From Pyrinomonadaceae bacterium (lineage in GTDB: Bacteria > Acidobacteriota > Blastocatellia > Pyrinomonadales > Pyrinomonadaceae): a DNA stretch of 63,997 nucleotides. Of this stretch, positions 9,924-19,971 are shown in pieces. The position numbers were made by a program, and so were the translations under genes. The notes beneath the pieces are model-generated. The model ran no database searches. It worked only from the letters and a program-made list of their open reading frames with translations, and was not told where the DNA came from. The stretch covers positions 1 through 63,997 of the forward strand of contig DAORTR010000001.1 in NCBI GenBank assembly GCA_035432765.1, read 5' to 3'. Every line of letters begins with the position of its first letter. Position 1 is the first letter of the stretch.

Positions 9924-11402
9924 TTAACTGCCTTTCAACTTCTCACGCAGCAGGTCATTGACGACCTTCGGATTTGCCTTGCCCTGCGACGCTTTCATCA
10001 CTTGCCCGACAAAGAATCCGAACAATGCCTCTTTGCCGCTGCGGAAAGCTTCGACCTGAGCCGGATTGCTTGCGATCGCCGCATCGACGAACGCTTCGAT
10101 CGCGGAACTGTCCGAAACCTGTTCGAAACCGCGTTCAGATATGACCTCCGCCGACGGCTTGCCGCTGATGAACATCTCCGCCAAAACTTCTTTAGCCTGA
10201 TTATTATTGATCTTCCCGGACTCGAGCGTAACGATCAGCTCCGCAAGATCTTCGGGCGATACGAGTGTATCGCCGATCGCCTTACCGGAAGCGTTCAGTT
10301 CGCGTGTAAGTTCGCCCAAGATCCAGTTGGCAGCCGTCTTTGGGTTCGCCGATACTCGCGACACCGTCTCGAAATATTCCGCTAACGCCTTCTCGCTCGT
10401 AAGCTGAACGGCGTCCGCAAAACTTAGCTGATACACCTCGATAAAGCGGTCGCGCATCGCGTCCGGCAGTTCCGGCATTTCCTTCTTTACGTCTTCGATG
10501 AACGACATCGAGAGCTTCAAAGGCTGTAGGTCCGGCTCGGGAAAATAGCGATAATCGTGCGCGTCCTCTTTCGAACGCATCACACGGGTTTCGCTGTTCT
10601 TCTCATCCCAAAGCCGCGTCTCCTGGGCGACAGGCTCACCCGCTTCGTGAGCTTTGACCTGACGTTCGATCTCGAATTCGATCGCCTTCTGCATAAACCG
10701 AACGGAATTCAGATTCTTAAGCTCGACCTTGTTGTTGAATTTGGTTTCGCCGACGCGCCGCACAGAGACATTCGCCTCGCAGCGAAGGTTTCCCTTTTCC
10801 ATATCAGCGTCGCTCGCCTCGACCCATTGCAGAGTTCTGCGGACGTGATTCACATAGTCATACGCTTGCCACGAAGTGCGAAAATCCGGCGACGTTACGA
10901 TCTCGCCGAGCGGCGTGCCCGCACGATTGAGATCGACATAAGAATACTTATCCGTTTCGGGAAGACCTTCGTGAACGTTCTTGCCCGCATCTTCTTCAAG
11001 GTGCATACGTTCGATGTGGATCGTCATCGGAAGCCATTCCGTCGCCCTTCCGTGCTCATCGCGTTCGGAGGTCAGGATCGTCAGGTCGCCATTCGCCGAA
11101 AAAGGCTTGTCGTATTGCGAGATCTGATAACCCTTCGGCAGGTCGGGATAAAAATAGTTCTTTCGCGAAAAGACACTCGTCTCCTGCAGCTCTAGTCCGA
11201 GCGCGATCGCAGCACGGGCTCCAAGATCAACAACCCTCGCATTCAGCACAGGCAACGCTCCGGGCAGGCCGAGACACACAGGACATGTGTTCGAATTCGG
11301 CTCACCGCCCGTCTCAACGCGGCAGCCGCAAAAGATCTTCGTCTTGGTCGCAAGCTGCGCGTGAATTTCCATGCCGATAACGGCTTCCCAACCTTCTTTC
11401 AT
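9924..11402 (-). CDS. gatB: Asp-tRNA(Asn)/Glu-tRNA(Gln) amidotransferase subunit B
   Basis: 492 aa. N-terminus GMEIHAQL...KIFCGC and full-length GatB-like sequence including the C-terminal GatB/YqeY tail. Confidence 0.95.
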   Translation of the reverse strand: MKEGWEAVIGMEIHAQLATKTKIFCGCRVETGGEPNSNTCPVCLGLPGALPVLNARVVDLGARAAIALGLELQETSVFSRKNYFYPDLPKGYQISQYDKPFSANGDLTILTSERDEHGRATEWLPMTIHIERMHLEEDAGKNVHEGLPETDKYSYVDLNRAGTPLGEIVTSPDFRTSWQAYDYVNHVRRTLQWVEASDADMEKGNLRCEANVSVRRVGETKFNNKVELKNLNSVRFMQKAIEFEIERQVKAHEAGEPVAQETRLWDEKNSETRVMRSKEDAHDYRYFPEPDLQPLKLSMSFIEDVKKEMPELPDAMRDRFIEVYQLSFADAVQLTSEKALAEYFETVSRVSANPKTAANWILGELTRELNASGKAIGDTLVSPEDLAELIVTLESGKINNNQAKEVLAEMFISGKPSAEVISERGFEQVSDSSAIEAFVDAAIASNPAQVEAFRSGKEALFGFFVGQVMKASQGKANPKVVNDLLREKLKGS

Positions 11403-11415
11403 AGCGTAAAAATGA

Positions 11416-11928
11416 TCAATGCCTTGGCCTTGGCGTTACAAAAAGCGGACGCGGCGGAGTTGCCGATCCGGTTGCCCAAAAATTCCCGCCGGCAAAATAG
11501 CCCGGCTGCTGGTATGTACGGCGGATATTGTTGAAATGCCAGCGATTCCCGTAATAGACGTAGCCGTAATAAAGGCCGGTGTCCTGCGGAACATAAACGA
11601 CGCTGCCGTTCGCAAGCGACGTCCGTCCGCGATAATAAGCTGCCCAAGCCTCGGACGCCGCCGCGGCCTGCTCTTGGCTAACGCGTTCGGCACGCAGCTT
11701 CTCTGAAAGCACCGTCATTGCACGGGCGTCTTCCGCGTCGCTTTTCGCACGTTCTTCAGGCGAGCGAAAACCGAGACTAGCGTAATTCTCGCGAAGCTGC
11801 TTCTCTGCCGCGACCCGCGAATCCTTGTATTTATCGAGATCAAGGTTCGTGATCGTGTGCCGCGTCTGCGCAGACGCCGAAATACAAAAGATCGTCAGGA
11901 TCAGGCCAACAAATATCGTACCTTTCAT
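11416..11928 (-). CDS. secreted hypothetical protein
   Basis: Signal peptide MKGTIFVGLILTIFCISASA, with an ATG at 11928 inside a longer ORF. No family was recognised. Confidence 0.5.
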   Translation of the reverse strand: MKGTIFVGLILTIFCISASAQTRHTITNLDLDKYKDSRVAAEKQLRENYASLGFRSPEERAKSDAEDARAMTVLSEKLRAERVSQEQAAAASEAWAAYYRGRTSLANGSVVYVPQDTGLYYGYVYYGNRWHFNNIRRTYQQPGYFAGGNFWATGSATPPRPLFVTPRPRH

Positions 11929-12039
11929 AACATTCACGCTCCCATACCACCATTTTACCACAGCCAGAGGCTCCGGAAGTCGGCAAACGGTAAGGGAATT
12001 TCGCCCGAGAATGCAAGACAACTTTGCCGGCGAATAACA

Positions 12040-12095
12040 CGAATGAATGCGAATTAAGACTTTGGCCCTAACCTCTGTCTATTCGCGTTCATTCG
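12040..12095 (-). terminator. candidate stem-loop terminator after the TonB-dependent receptor gene
   Basis: A 15-bp inverted repeat, CGAATGAATGCGAAT / ATTCGCGTTCATTCG, with 1 mismatch and a 26-nt loop, about 30 nt downstream of the stop at 12128. The U-tract is poor. Confidence 0.3.
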
Positions 12096-12127
12096 CGCCA
12101 TTCGCGGGCAAAATGTTTTCTCAGCTC

Positions 12128-14497
12128 TTAAAAGCCGAAAGTTACCCCGATCCTTCCCGTTCTTGACGCCGTACGGAAGCCATTTTCGAAGTACTCGTTG
12201 TCAAAAACGTTCTCGATCGTTCCGTAAAGCCGCAGCTTCAACGAATCTTCGCCGTTCAGCTTGAACGTGTAGCCCGCGGTCACGTCGCCTTTTCGGTTAC
12301 CGCGAAAACGATAAACATACGTTCCGAAGGTCGCGTTGCTGAAGATCGGCGCAAGATAATCGCCCGTGGCGAGAAGGTCGAAATTTATCCAGAATCGGCC
12401 GAAATTCTGCGTCGCAACAAGCGTGAACTGATGCTTCGGGATTCCGAACGCACGAAGCACGCCGCTGCCCGCGACGGGCGAGATCCGGTTGCGGCTGTCC
12501 GTAAATGTGTAAGACGCAAAAATGTCGGTCGTACGTGTCGGTTTCGCCGTTACGCTGCCTTCGAAACCCGAAGAGCGGCCGCCTTTCTGATTCTCGTAAC
12601 CGCCGAACGGCCTCGGCGTCGTGCCGATATCCGGAACCACGTTGCCGTATCCGATAATGTCCGTCAGGCGTGTCCAAAAGTATGTCGCAGACATCCTCAG
12701 CCGATCGCGGAATGCAGTTTGGTCCACGCCGAGATCGAACGCTATCGCTCTTTCGGGCTTTAGCCTCGGATCGCCAAGTGCGACGAATGACGCGCTCGGC
12801 CACGTCGAATAGAACGTTCCGAAACGCTCGTAGAGCGACGGCACGCGATAGCCGTTGCCAACGTGCGCACGCAGCTTTGTTCCGGTTCGGAAATTGTACG
12901 AGATCGCGCCGTCAAGCGTAAATGCTCCCGCCGGCGAGTCAACCTGAGCGCTTTGATACGGCGAACCGGTGAGGCTGAACGTCGGCTGCCCTAAGCGATA
13001 TCTTTGGTAACGAATGCCGCCCGCAAGCTGCAGGCCGCCGAAAGGCTGCGACAACGCCTGAAGAAAGACCGTGTCGCTCGATTGTGTCGCGCGCGTAAAG
13101 AAATCGCTCGCTCCGGCCGGCGTCAAACCTTCGTTGCCGAACCGTTCGCGTTCGAATTCGTAGCCGCCTGATATCGTATTCGAGCCGTTCGCTGCCCACG
13201 TGAGCTTTGCGTTCACAGTGTCGATGCGGCCGTCAAAAACGCTCGTCGAAGGGCTCTGAAAACCCGGTCCAAGCACACCGTCGTCATTGCGCCGACGTGT
13301 ATCGACGACGTGATAATAACCGGAAAGAACGAACCTATCGCCGATCTGCTGAGCGACGTTCGCGTGCCCCGAAAAGAATCTCGAACGCTGAAGCGCGTCC
13401 GGGTCGTCCTCGTCCGGCGTAAAATTAACGAACGGGTCTGCGTCTATAATGATGTTGTTCGCGGGCGGCAATGTCCCGGCCGTGTCAGGGCCGACGTTCA
13501 AGCGGACCTTCGCGTTCGAGAAGAAAAAAGCCGCCGAGATCGTGGTCGTTCTTGTTGGATGCAGATCGGTGCGCATCTGGAAATTCGTATTGTCCGCGTT
13601 GTCGTCGCCGTCGATCCCTTTCGTAAAAGCGGTTCGCGAAATGCCGCCGCCAATGCCGTATTTCCCGTCTTTCGTACCGTGCGAAAGCGTCCCGCGAAAG
13701 CGGCCGAAGCCCATTCCACCATAGTTTCCGCTCAACTGGCCGTGCGTTCCGCTTCGCGCCGACGGCGTCTCAAAACTCACAACGCCGCCGATAGCATTCG
13801 TGCCGTAGAGCGACGAACCCGATCCGCGTAGCACCTCGACGCGGCTCACGCTCGTAAGCGTCAGGTCGCTCAGGAATGGCGTTGCGTCGCCGGAGATCGC
13901 CGACGGATCGCGAAACCTTACGCCGTCGATCAGAACCGCCGTGTCTTGATTTCGAAGGCCGCGCGATTTGATCGAGGCGGTTCGTCCAAAGCCGCCCAAC
14001 TGCTGCACGCGAAATCCCGGTATCGTCCTCAGGCTTTCGATAAGCGTGAAATCCGCGCGGTCGCGCATCTCTTGCCCGCCGATGACATTCACCGTCTTCG
14101 ATACATTCTCAAGCGGCTGCGCAGTGTCCGCCGCGACCGTTACTGTCTCGCTAATGCTCGCGATCGGCAGTTCGATCGCGATCTCCGTGACCGCATTTCC
14201 CGCGACCTTGATCGCGAGCCTTGTCTCTGTTCGAACGCACGCGCTGCATTCGACCGAGATGAAATATGAGCCGGTCGGAATGCCGCTGAAGACGAACTCG
14301 CCATTTGCGTTCGATGTCGTCTCGCGAATTGCGTCGCGATTCGCGGCCTGAAAAAGGCGAACTTTCACGCCTTCTTTCGAAACGACCGACTTGCTGTTTG
14401 CGGGGATAGAAAGTTTGCCGCTGATCTGCCCTGTCTGTTGCGCCGAGACAGAAAGAGCCGCGGCTATGAGTAAAAAAGTAAGATAAAAGAGTTTCAT
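12128..14497 (-). CDS. TonB-dependent receptor with N-terminal carboxypeptidase-regulatory-like domain (BtuB-like by context)
   Basis: Signal peptide MKLFYLTFLLIAAALSVSAQ, a plug region and a C-terminal beta-barrel ending in ...GVTFGF. GGAGG lies 5 nt before the ATG at 14497. It is preceded by a cobalamin riboswitch-like leader. Confidence 0.85.
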   Translation of the reverse strand: MKLFYLTFLLIAAALSVSAQQTGQISGKLSIPANSKSVVSKEGVKVRLFQAANRDAIRETTSNANGEFVFSGIPTGSYFISVECSACVRTETRLAIKVAGNAVTEIAIELPIASISETVTVAADTAQPLENVSKTVNVIGGQEMRDRADFTLIESLRTIPGFRVQQLGGFGRTASIKSRGLRNQDTAVLIDGVRFRDPSAISGDATPFLSDLTLTSVSRVEVLRGSGSSLYGTNAIGGVVSFETPSARSGTHGQLSGNYGGMGFGRFRGTLSHGTKDGKYGIGGGISRTAFTKGIDGDDNADNTNFQMRTDLHPTRTTTISAAFFFSNAKVRLNVGPDTAGTLPPANNIIIDADPFVNFTPDEDDPDALQRSRFFSGHANVAQQIGDRFVLSGYYHVVDTRRRNDDGVLGPGFQSPSTSVFDGRIDTVNAKLTWAANGSNTISGGYEFERERFGNEGLTPAGASDFFTRATQSSDTVFLQALSQPFGGLQLAGGIRYQRYRLGQPTFSLTGSPYQSAQVDSPAGAFTLDGAISYNFRTGTKLRAHVGNGYRVPSLYERFGTFYSTWPSASFVALGDPRLKPERAIAFDLGVDQTAFRDRLRMSATYFWTRLTDIIGYGNVVPDIGTTPRPFGGYENQKGGRSSGFEGSVTAKPTRTTDIFASYTFTDSRNRISPVAGSGVLRAFGIPKHQFTLVATQNFGRFWINFDLLATGDYLAPIFSNATFGTYVYRFRGNRKGDVTAGYTFKLNGEDSLKLRLYGTIENVFDNEYFENGFRTASRTGRIGVTFGF

Positions 14498-14504
14498 TTT
14501 TCCT

Positions 14505-14628
14505 CCGACCTTGCATCCACGCAAGGGATCGTCCAAGTTGCCAAGGCCGCATCAGAAAGAAGTTCCCGGCTGTAACGGTTGCGTGGGCAGCGTCGGATTC
14601 GCACCGAACTTCCTTTCTTTCTTACGGC
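14505..14628 (-). promoter_or_regulatory. cobalamin riboswitch candidate (leader of the TonB-dependent receptor)
   Basis: The minus strand reads AAGGAAGTTCGGTGCGAATCCGACGCTGCCCACGCAACCGTTACAG ... GGCCTTGGCAACTTGG. This matches the conserved GGAA..GGTG..AATCC..GCTGCCC.CGCAACCGT core. A hairpin (CCTTGC/GCAAGG) lies next to the GGAGG ribosome-binding site. Confidence 0.7.
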
Positions 14629-14641
14629 CAAACGATGGTTG

Positions 14642-15412
14642 TCAATAAACTTGCGTTACGCGGGCCTTCCCGCTTGACGGATTCGTGTCGAGCAGAACCT
14701 CGACGCCAAAAATTTCGCGAATATTCTGCGTCGTCAATACTTCGTTCGGCGAACCTTTATGCGCGATCTTGCCCCTCGAAAGCATTACGACCTCGTCTGC
14801 AAATTCCGCCGCGAGGTTGAGATCGTGCGTGATGATCGCGGCGGCGTATTGATGCTCGACACAACGCTCGACGACGAGCCGGAACATCAATGTCTGATGC
14901 GCAAGGTCGAGGTTTGCGGTCGGTTCATCGAGAAGCAGAACGCGGCCTTCGCTCGCAAGCGCACGTGCGAGGACGACTCGCTGGCGTTCGCCGCCTGAAA
15001 GATCGTTCATCCTGCGGGCAGCAAAATCCTCTAGCTCGCAGTCGGCGATCGCTCGTTTCGCAGCCTCGATATCGCGGCTGTTCTCCCAGCCGAACGAACT
15101 GCCGTACGCGAATCTTCCTGTCAGGACGAACTCGTGCACGGTAACGGGAAACCGCGATTCCGTCTCCTGCGCAACGACCGCGACATCGCGCGCGATCTCC
15201 GCTCTCGATAGCGATGCGAGCGGCCGTCCGCCAAGCAGCACATCGCCTGTCGCCGTTTGCACAGAACCGTTGAGAGCTTTCAGGAGCGAAGTTTTTCCGG
15301 CGCCGTTCGCGCCGACGATCGCCGTTATTCTGCCCGGCGGAAGGTTCACGGTCGCTCCCTCAAGGACCGCGATGCCGTTGTATTCAACAGAGATGTCGCG
15401 TGCCTCGAGCAT
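14642..15412 (-). CDS. ABC transporter ATP-binding protein (FecE/BtuD-like)
   Basis: Walker A GANGAGKTS, signature LSGGERQR, Walker B LLLDEP. Confidence 0.9.
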   Translation of the reverse strand: MLEARDISVEYNGIAVLEGATVNLPPGRITAIVGANGAGKTSLLKALNGSVQTATGDVLLGGRPLASLSRAEIARDVAVVAQETESRFPVTVHEFVLTGRFAYGSSFGWENSRDIEAAKRAIADCELEDFAARRMNDLSGGERQRVVLARALASEGRVLLLDEPTANLDLAHQTLMFRLVVERCVEHQYAAAIITHDLNLAAEFADEVVMLSRGKIAHKGSPNEVLTTQNIREIFGVEVLLDTNPSSGKARVTQVY

Positions 15413-16362
15413 CAGTTCTTCCTCAAGAGATAGATAAAAAGCGGAGCGCCGAGCAGCGCCGTAATTGCTCCTACGGGAAGTTCACGCGGAGCGATCGCAA
15501 CCCTTGCCGCAAGATCTGCGAGTACGACGAAGGCCGCACCGGCGATCGCCGACATCGGTACGACGATGCGATTGTCGCTGCCGACCGCAAGCCTCAAAAG
15601 ATGCGGCACGATCAGCCCGACGTATCCGACCGAACCGCTCGCCGCGACCGCCGCTCCGACAACAAGGCTCGACGCGCCGAACACGAGCAGCCGCACGCGT
15701 CCGACCTCGACGCCGAAATCGACCGCGTCGCGTTCGCCGAGCATCATTAGATTCAACGCTCTCGATTGCGACGTAAGAATGATCGTCGCGATCACCACCG
15801 CACCAAAGCTCAAATAAACGCCGCTCCAGGTCGCTTGCGAAAGATCGCCGAGCAGCCAGAACGTAAAACTCCGCAAGCGTGCGGCGTCGAGCAAGGTGGT
15901 CAGCATAATGATCACCGACGAGAGGAATGTCGTAACGATCACGCCCGATAGAACGAGGCGTTCGACGTTCATTCCCGCGCGCGTTCTTGCAAGACTGTAA
16001 ACGACGACCGAAGCGACCGCCGCGCCCGCGAACGCAAGCAGCGGCCTTGCGAAAACATAGTTTCCGAAGACAACGAACGCCATCATCGTCCCCAACGCCG
16101 CGCCATTCGAAACGCCTAGTAAATAAGGTTCAGCGAGAGGATTTCGAAGCAGGGCCTGCAAACCTGCGCCGGCGACCGCGAGGCTCGCGCCGACGCAGGC
16201 GCCGAGCAGTACACGGGGCAGGCGAATGTCGAAAAGGATCGCTCTTTCGCCCACGTCTGTCGAAAAAGGCGTCGCCCATTCGGCGCCGAAAAGAAGCGCC
16301 GCAGCAAGCGCCGCAGCAAGGACAGCAAGCAGGACAACTGCGATCTTTACAGCGCGTTTCAT
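15412..16362 (-). CDS. FecCD/BtuC-family ABC transporter permease
   Basis: 316-aa polytopic membrane protein with the FecCD-type pattern. Its stop and start overlap the neighbouring genes. Confidence 0.85.
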   Translation of the reverse strand: MKRAVKIAVVLLAVLAAALAAALLFGAEWATPFSTDVGERAILFDIRLPRVLLGACVGASLAVAGAGLQALLRNPLAEPYLLGVSNGAALGTMMAFVVFGNYVFARPLLAFAGAAVASVVVYSLARTRAGMNVERLVLSGVIVTTFLSSVIIMLTTLLDAARLRSFTFWLLGDLSQATWSGVYLSFGAVVIATIILTSQSRALNLMMLGERDAVDFGVEVGRVRLLVFGASSLVVGAAVAASGSVGYVGLIVPHLLRLAVGSDNRIVVPMSAIAGAAFVVLADLAARVAIAPRELPVGAITALLGAPLFIYLLRKN

Positions 16363-17295
16363 CTACTTTTCTTTGAAGGCCTCCGGGTGAAGATCGCGGG
16401 CCGCCGCCTCGACGGCATCGACGATCCGCGGCCCGGGCCTCGCCAACAGGTCGGCGTTGATGCGAAAAACCTGTCCGTTCTTCACCGCCGCAGAGTTCGC
16501 AAAGGCAGAATCCGGCTCGTGATTTCCTTCGTTGTCCGAGATAATGATCGCGTCGGGATCGAGCTTCGACGCGGTCTCGCGGCTAAGATTCGGGTACGCG
16601 CCGGGGATCTGTTGCGTAACAGATTCGCCGCCTGCGACCCTTACGACCTCGTTGAGATAGGCTTCGCGTCCTGCGGTAAAAAGCGGCTCTTTCGATATCT
16701 GAACAAAGACCCGCCGCGTCGCCTTGCCGTCAACCTGCGAACGCACTGAGTCAAGGCGCTGCCTTAGTGCCGCGACCGTCTCTTCGGCTTTGGGCCGTGT
16801 GCCGAGAATGTCGCCGATCGTCAGCAAGCCCGCAAGAACATCCTCGACCGATCTCGCATCAACGACGTACACCGCGATATTGCGTTCGGCGAGCGTCCGC
16901 ATAAATGCCTCGATCTGCGACGCCGTCGAGACAAGGACCACGTCCGGATGAAGCGCGATGATCGCCTCCATATTCGGGCTCATCGTGTCGCCGATCTTTT
17001 GGACGGACTTTGCGGCTTCCGGAAAGTCGCAATACGTCGTATCGCCGACGAGTTTTTCGCCGCCGCCGACAGCGTAGATCATTTCTGTAAGGTTCGGCGC
17101 AAGGCTTACGACGCGTTTCACGTCTCGCGGCATAGAGACGTCGCGTCCGAGCGCGTCCTTTAAGACTCGCGTATTATCCGGCACGGCGTTCTGGTTGGAA
17201 ATTGACGGGCGGGAACACGAGACGCCGGCAAGAGCGACAAACGCCAACGCTAAAACAACGAACTGTCTAAATTCAAAAAACCGCACCTGCATCAT
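16363..17295 (-). CDS. periplasmic substrate-binding lipoprotein (BtuF/Peripla_BP_2-like)
   Basis: Signal peptide ending ...LAGVSCS, and an RVVSLAPNLTEMIYAVGG motif typical of class III binding proteins. It is the first gene of the operon. Confidence 0.8.
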   Translation of the reverse strand: MMQVRFFEFRQFVVLALAFVALAGVSCSRPSISNQNAVPDNTRVLKDALGRDVSMPRDVKRVVSLAPNLTEMIYAVGGGEKLVGDTTYCDFPEAAKSVQKIGDTMSPNMEAIIALHPDVVLVSTASQIEAFMRTLAERNIAVYVVDARSVEDVLAGLLTIGDILGTRPKAEETVAALRQRLDSVRSQVDGKATRRVFVQISKEPLFTAGREAYLNEVVRVAGGESVTQQIPGAYPNLSRETASKLDPDAIIISDNEGNHEPDSAFANSAAVKNGQVFRINADLLARPGPRIVDAVEAAARDLHPEAFKEK

Positions 17296-17329
17296 TCCTC
17301 TTTAGAGCGTGAAAACACTCGAGGAAAAC

Positions 17330-17480
17330 AGGGGCGGTTCTTTTCGATCTGACCCGTGCCGGCCCACGATGTTTTTTCGCGAAACATCCTTATTAGGCAG
17401 CAGCTTGCAGGACCGGTGGCCCGACTTTTACGGTGACGCGATCGCGCAGGAGTTACACCTGCTTTCCCGGTTCATTTGCA
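17330..17480 (-). promoter_or_regulatory. cobalamin riboswitch candidate (leader of the ABC uptake operon)
   Basis: The minus strand reads CCGGGAAAGCAGGTGTAACTCCTGCGCGATCGCGTCACCGTAAAAGTCGGGCCACCGGTCCTGC, with GGGAA..GGTG.AA.TCC ... ACCGTAA and a GCCACCGG B12-box-like element. Confidence 0.6.
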
Positions 17481-17567
17481 AGATGATGTTGAATTTTCAA
17501 GGCCGGCCGCGACCGGCAAACGCTAAGTCTATCGCACCTGTGCCGATATCGCTAACGTCATTCGAGC

Positions 17568-18338
17568 TTATTTATCTGTATAAGCAAGCTTGATCGAATT
17601 CATCCCGCGCAGGATCACACGCTGCCGCCGGACAACACGCTTTCGATTCTTCGCCGGATTGAAGATATTGAGCGGGCTTGGGATCATCGCCGCAAGGAAC
17701 GCGGCCTCATCGCGGGTCAGATCCGACGCTGATTTCTTGAAGTACGTCCTCGACGCCGCCTCGGCGCCGTAAATGCCGTCGCCCCATTCGATCACGTTGA
17801 GATATATCTCGAGGATCCGCTTTTTTGTCAGTTCCCTTTCGAGAAAGTACGTATCTACGGCCTCGCGGCCCTTCCGCAGGAAGTTTCGGTCTTCCGAAAG
17901 GAAAAGGTTTTTTGCGAGCTGCTGTGTAACCGTCGATGCTCCGCGTTTGAAGCTCGGCATCGCCGGGATCCAATCATTCGGGTCGTAATCGCCCTCTTCG
18001 CGGGCCTCTTTTTCGCCTTCTTTTACTGCTTCATCCCACGCTTTTTGGATAGCGTCCCAATCAAAGCCGTTGTGTTGGAAGAATCTCGCGTCTTCGCCGG
18101 CGAGCACCGCCCTTTGCAGGTTCGGGCTGATCTGGTCGATCGGCGTCCAGATCATAAATTTTTTCGGATCGCGCCCTTCCGAGCGTGCTTCGGACAGGCG
18201 ATATTCGATCAGCGAGGACGTCGTCGGGTTCTCGGTCCTCAGGCTCGATATCGACGGAAAAGTGATCACCTCGTAGGCGAACCAAAGCAATATCGCCCCG
18301 GCAAAAACTAAAAATAACAGCTTGATCCAATACCACAT
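17568..18338 (-). CDS. mtgA: monofunctional peptidoglycan glycosyltransferase
   Basis: N-terminal TM helix, a GT51 motif (GEDARFFQHNGFDW) and the size expected for MtgA (256 aa). Confidence 0.85.
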   Translation of the reverse strand: MWYWIKLLFLVFAGAILLWFAYEVITFPSISSLRTENPTTSSLIEYRLSEARSEGRDPKKFMIWTPIDQISPNLQRAVLAGEDARFFQHNGFDWDAIQKAWDEAVKEGEKEAREEGDYDPNDWIPAMPSFKRGASTVTQQLAKNLFLSEDRNFLRKGREAVDTYFLERELTKKRILEIYLNVIEWGDGIYGAEAASRTYFKKSASDLTRDEAAFLAAMIPSPLNIFNPAKNRKRVVRRQRVILRGMNSIKLAYTDK

Positions 18339-18432
18339 CTTGTGCTTTCCCGCGAAATGTTAATAATTAGTGAGCGGACTGTAAAGTTCAAAAATTGTTT
18401 ACATCCCTCAGCGGACTGACTACTATTCTACT

Positions 18433-19728
18433 ATGGGCCAGTATGACAACGTCGTCGCGGTAGTTCTCGGCGGCGGAGCCGGCTCCCGCCTTTTCCCGCT
18501 TACCGGTGAAAGGTCAAAGCCTGCGGTTCCGCTCGGCGGCAAGTATCGCCTCATCGACATTCCCGTTTCTAACTGTATCAATTCGGGCATCACGCAGATC
18601 TTTGTCCTTACACAGTATAATTCTGCGTCGCTGAATCGCCACGTCTCGACGACATATCGATTCTCGTCGTTCTCGACCGGTTTTGTCGAGGTCTTGGCGG
18701 CCGAACTCACCCGCGACAATCCGGAGTGGTTCCAGGGAACTGCCGACGCCGTGAGGCAAATGCTGCCGCACGTCCGCGATTGGCACGTCGATACGCTGCT
18801 TATCCTCTCGGGCGACCATCTCTATCGGATGGATTATTCGAAGTTCCTCGAACGGCACTTTTCCTCGGGAGCTGACCTTACGGTCTCGGTCATTCCCTCG
18901 CGTAGAGAAGACGCCGAGGAATTCGGCCTGCTCAAGACCGACGAAACCGGCCGCATCATTGAATTCAAGGAAAAACCGAAAGGCGCCGAGCTTGACGCAA
19001 TGCGTGTCGATACGCGCTCGCTCGGCCTTTCGGACGCCGAAGCCGAAGAGCGACCGTTCCTCGCCTCAATGGGCATTTATGTATTTAACTACGCAAAGCT
19101 CGTTGAACTCTTGAATACCGACAGAGACTGGGTCGATTTCGGCAAACAGATAATTCCTGCGGCGATCGACAAATACTCGGTCCAAGCTCATCTCTTCAAC
19201 GGATATTGGGAAGACATCGGGACGATACGCGCCTTCTACCAGGCGAATCTCGACCTTGCGTCGCCTTTGCCGAAATTCAATTTCTTCAACGCCGCTGCTC
19301 CGATCTACACGCGAAGCCGTTATCTGCCACCGTCGAAGATACACGACTGCACGGTCGATAATTCGATGATCAGCGAAGGCTGCATCCTAAGCGGCGTTAC
19401 GATCAAGAATTCGATCATCGGTCTGCGTGCACGCATCGACAAAGGCGTCATCATCGAGAATTCGATCGTGATGGGCTCGGATATCTTCGAGGCGATCGAG
19501 GACATTCGCGACAATCTCGAACGCCAAGTTCCGCACATCGGCATCGATGAGAACACGGTCGTCCACAATGCGATCATCGACAAGAATGTTCGTATCGGAA
19601 AGGACGTCCAACTGATAAATCGCGACGGCATCGAACATTTCGATTCGCCGGACCGCTCGTATTATATTCGCGACAAGATCATCATCATCCCGAAGAATGC
19701 GATCATCCCGAACGGCACGGTTATTTGA
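18433..19728 (+). CDS. glgC: glucose-1-phosphate adenylyltransferase
   Basis: [43 protein letters not shown]-terminus, plus a left-handed beta-helix C-terminal half. Confidence 0.95.
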   Translation: MGQYDNVVAVVLGGGAGSRLFPLTGERSKPAVPLGGKYRLIDIPVSNCINSGITQIFVLTQYNSASLNRHVSTTYRFSSFSTGFVEVLAAELTRDNPEWFQGTADAVRQMLPHVRDWHVDTLLILSGDHLYRMDYSKFLERHFSSGADLTVSVIPSRREDAEEFGLLKTDETGRIIEFKEKPKGAELDAMRVDTRSLGLSDAEAEERPFLASMGIYVFNYAKLVELLNTDRDWVDFGKQIIPAAIDKYSVQAHLFNGYWEDIGTIRAFYQANLDLASPLPKFNFFNAAAPIYTRSRYLPPSKIHDCTVDNSMISEGCILSGVTIKNSIIGLRARIDKGVIIENSIVMGSDIFEAIEDIRDNLERQVPHIGIDENTVVHNAIIDKNVRIGKDVQLINRDGIEHFDSPDRSYYIRDKIIIIPKNAIIPNGTVI

Positions 19729-19971
19729 CGTGCCGCCGCGCTTGTATTGCGCGCTAAAAGGGTCTATTATCGCGAACGATATTTTTCTCGTGCCTTAAAA
19801 CGAAATAGTTTTACTGTCTTTACTTTTGGCTGATTTCTCAGATCAGCCGTTCACGGCCGAGCTTCTCGCGTACGACCGAACAATTCCCGAACGGGACGCA
19901 AGACATTGGCGGCCGCTTGCATTACTTAGTTTTTAGATCAATTTCAAATTTTGCTAGATTGGAGGAGTCGT

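Noticed and set aside
19729-19950. A tRNA gene or integration hotspot upstream of the nuclease gene or prophage.
   Set aside because: No cloverleaf-compatible sequence was recognised. The prophage junction lies inside the nuclease coding sequence, not at this intergenic region.
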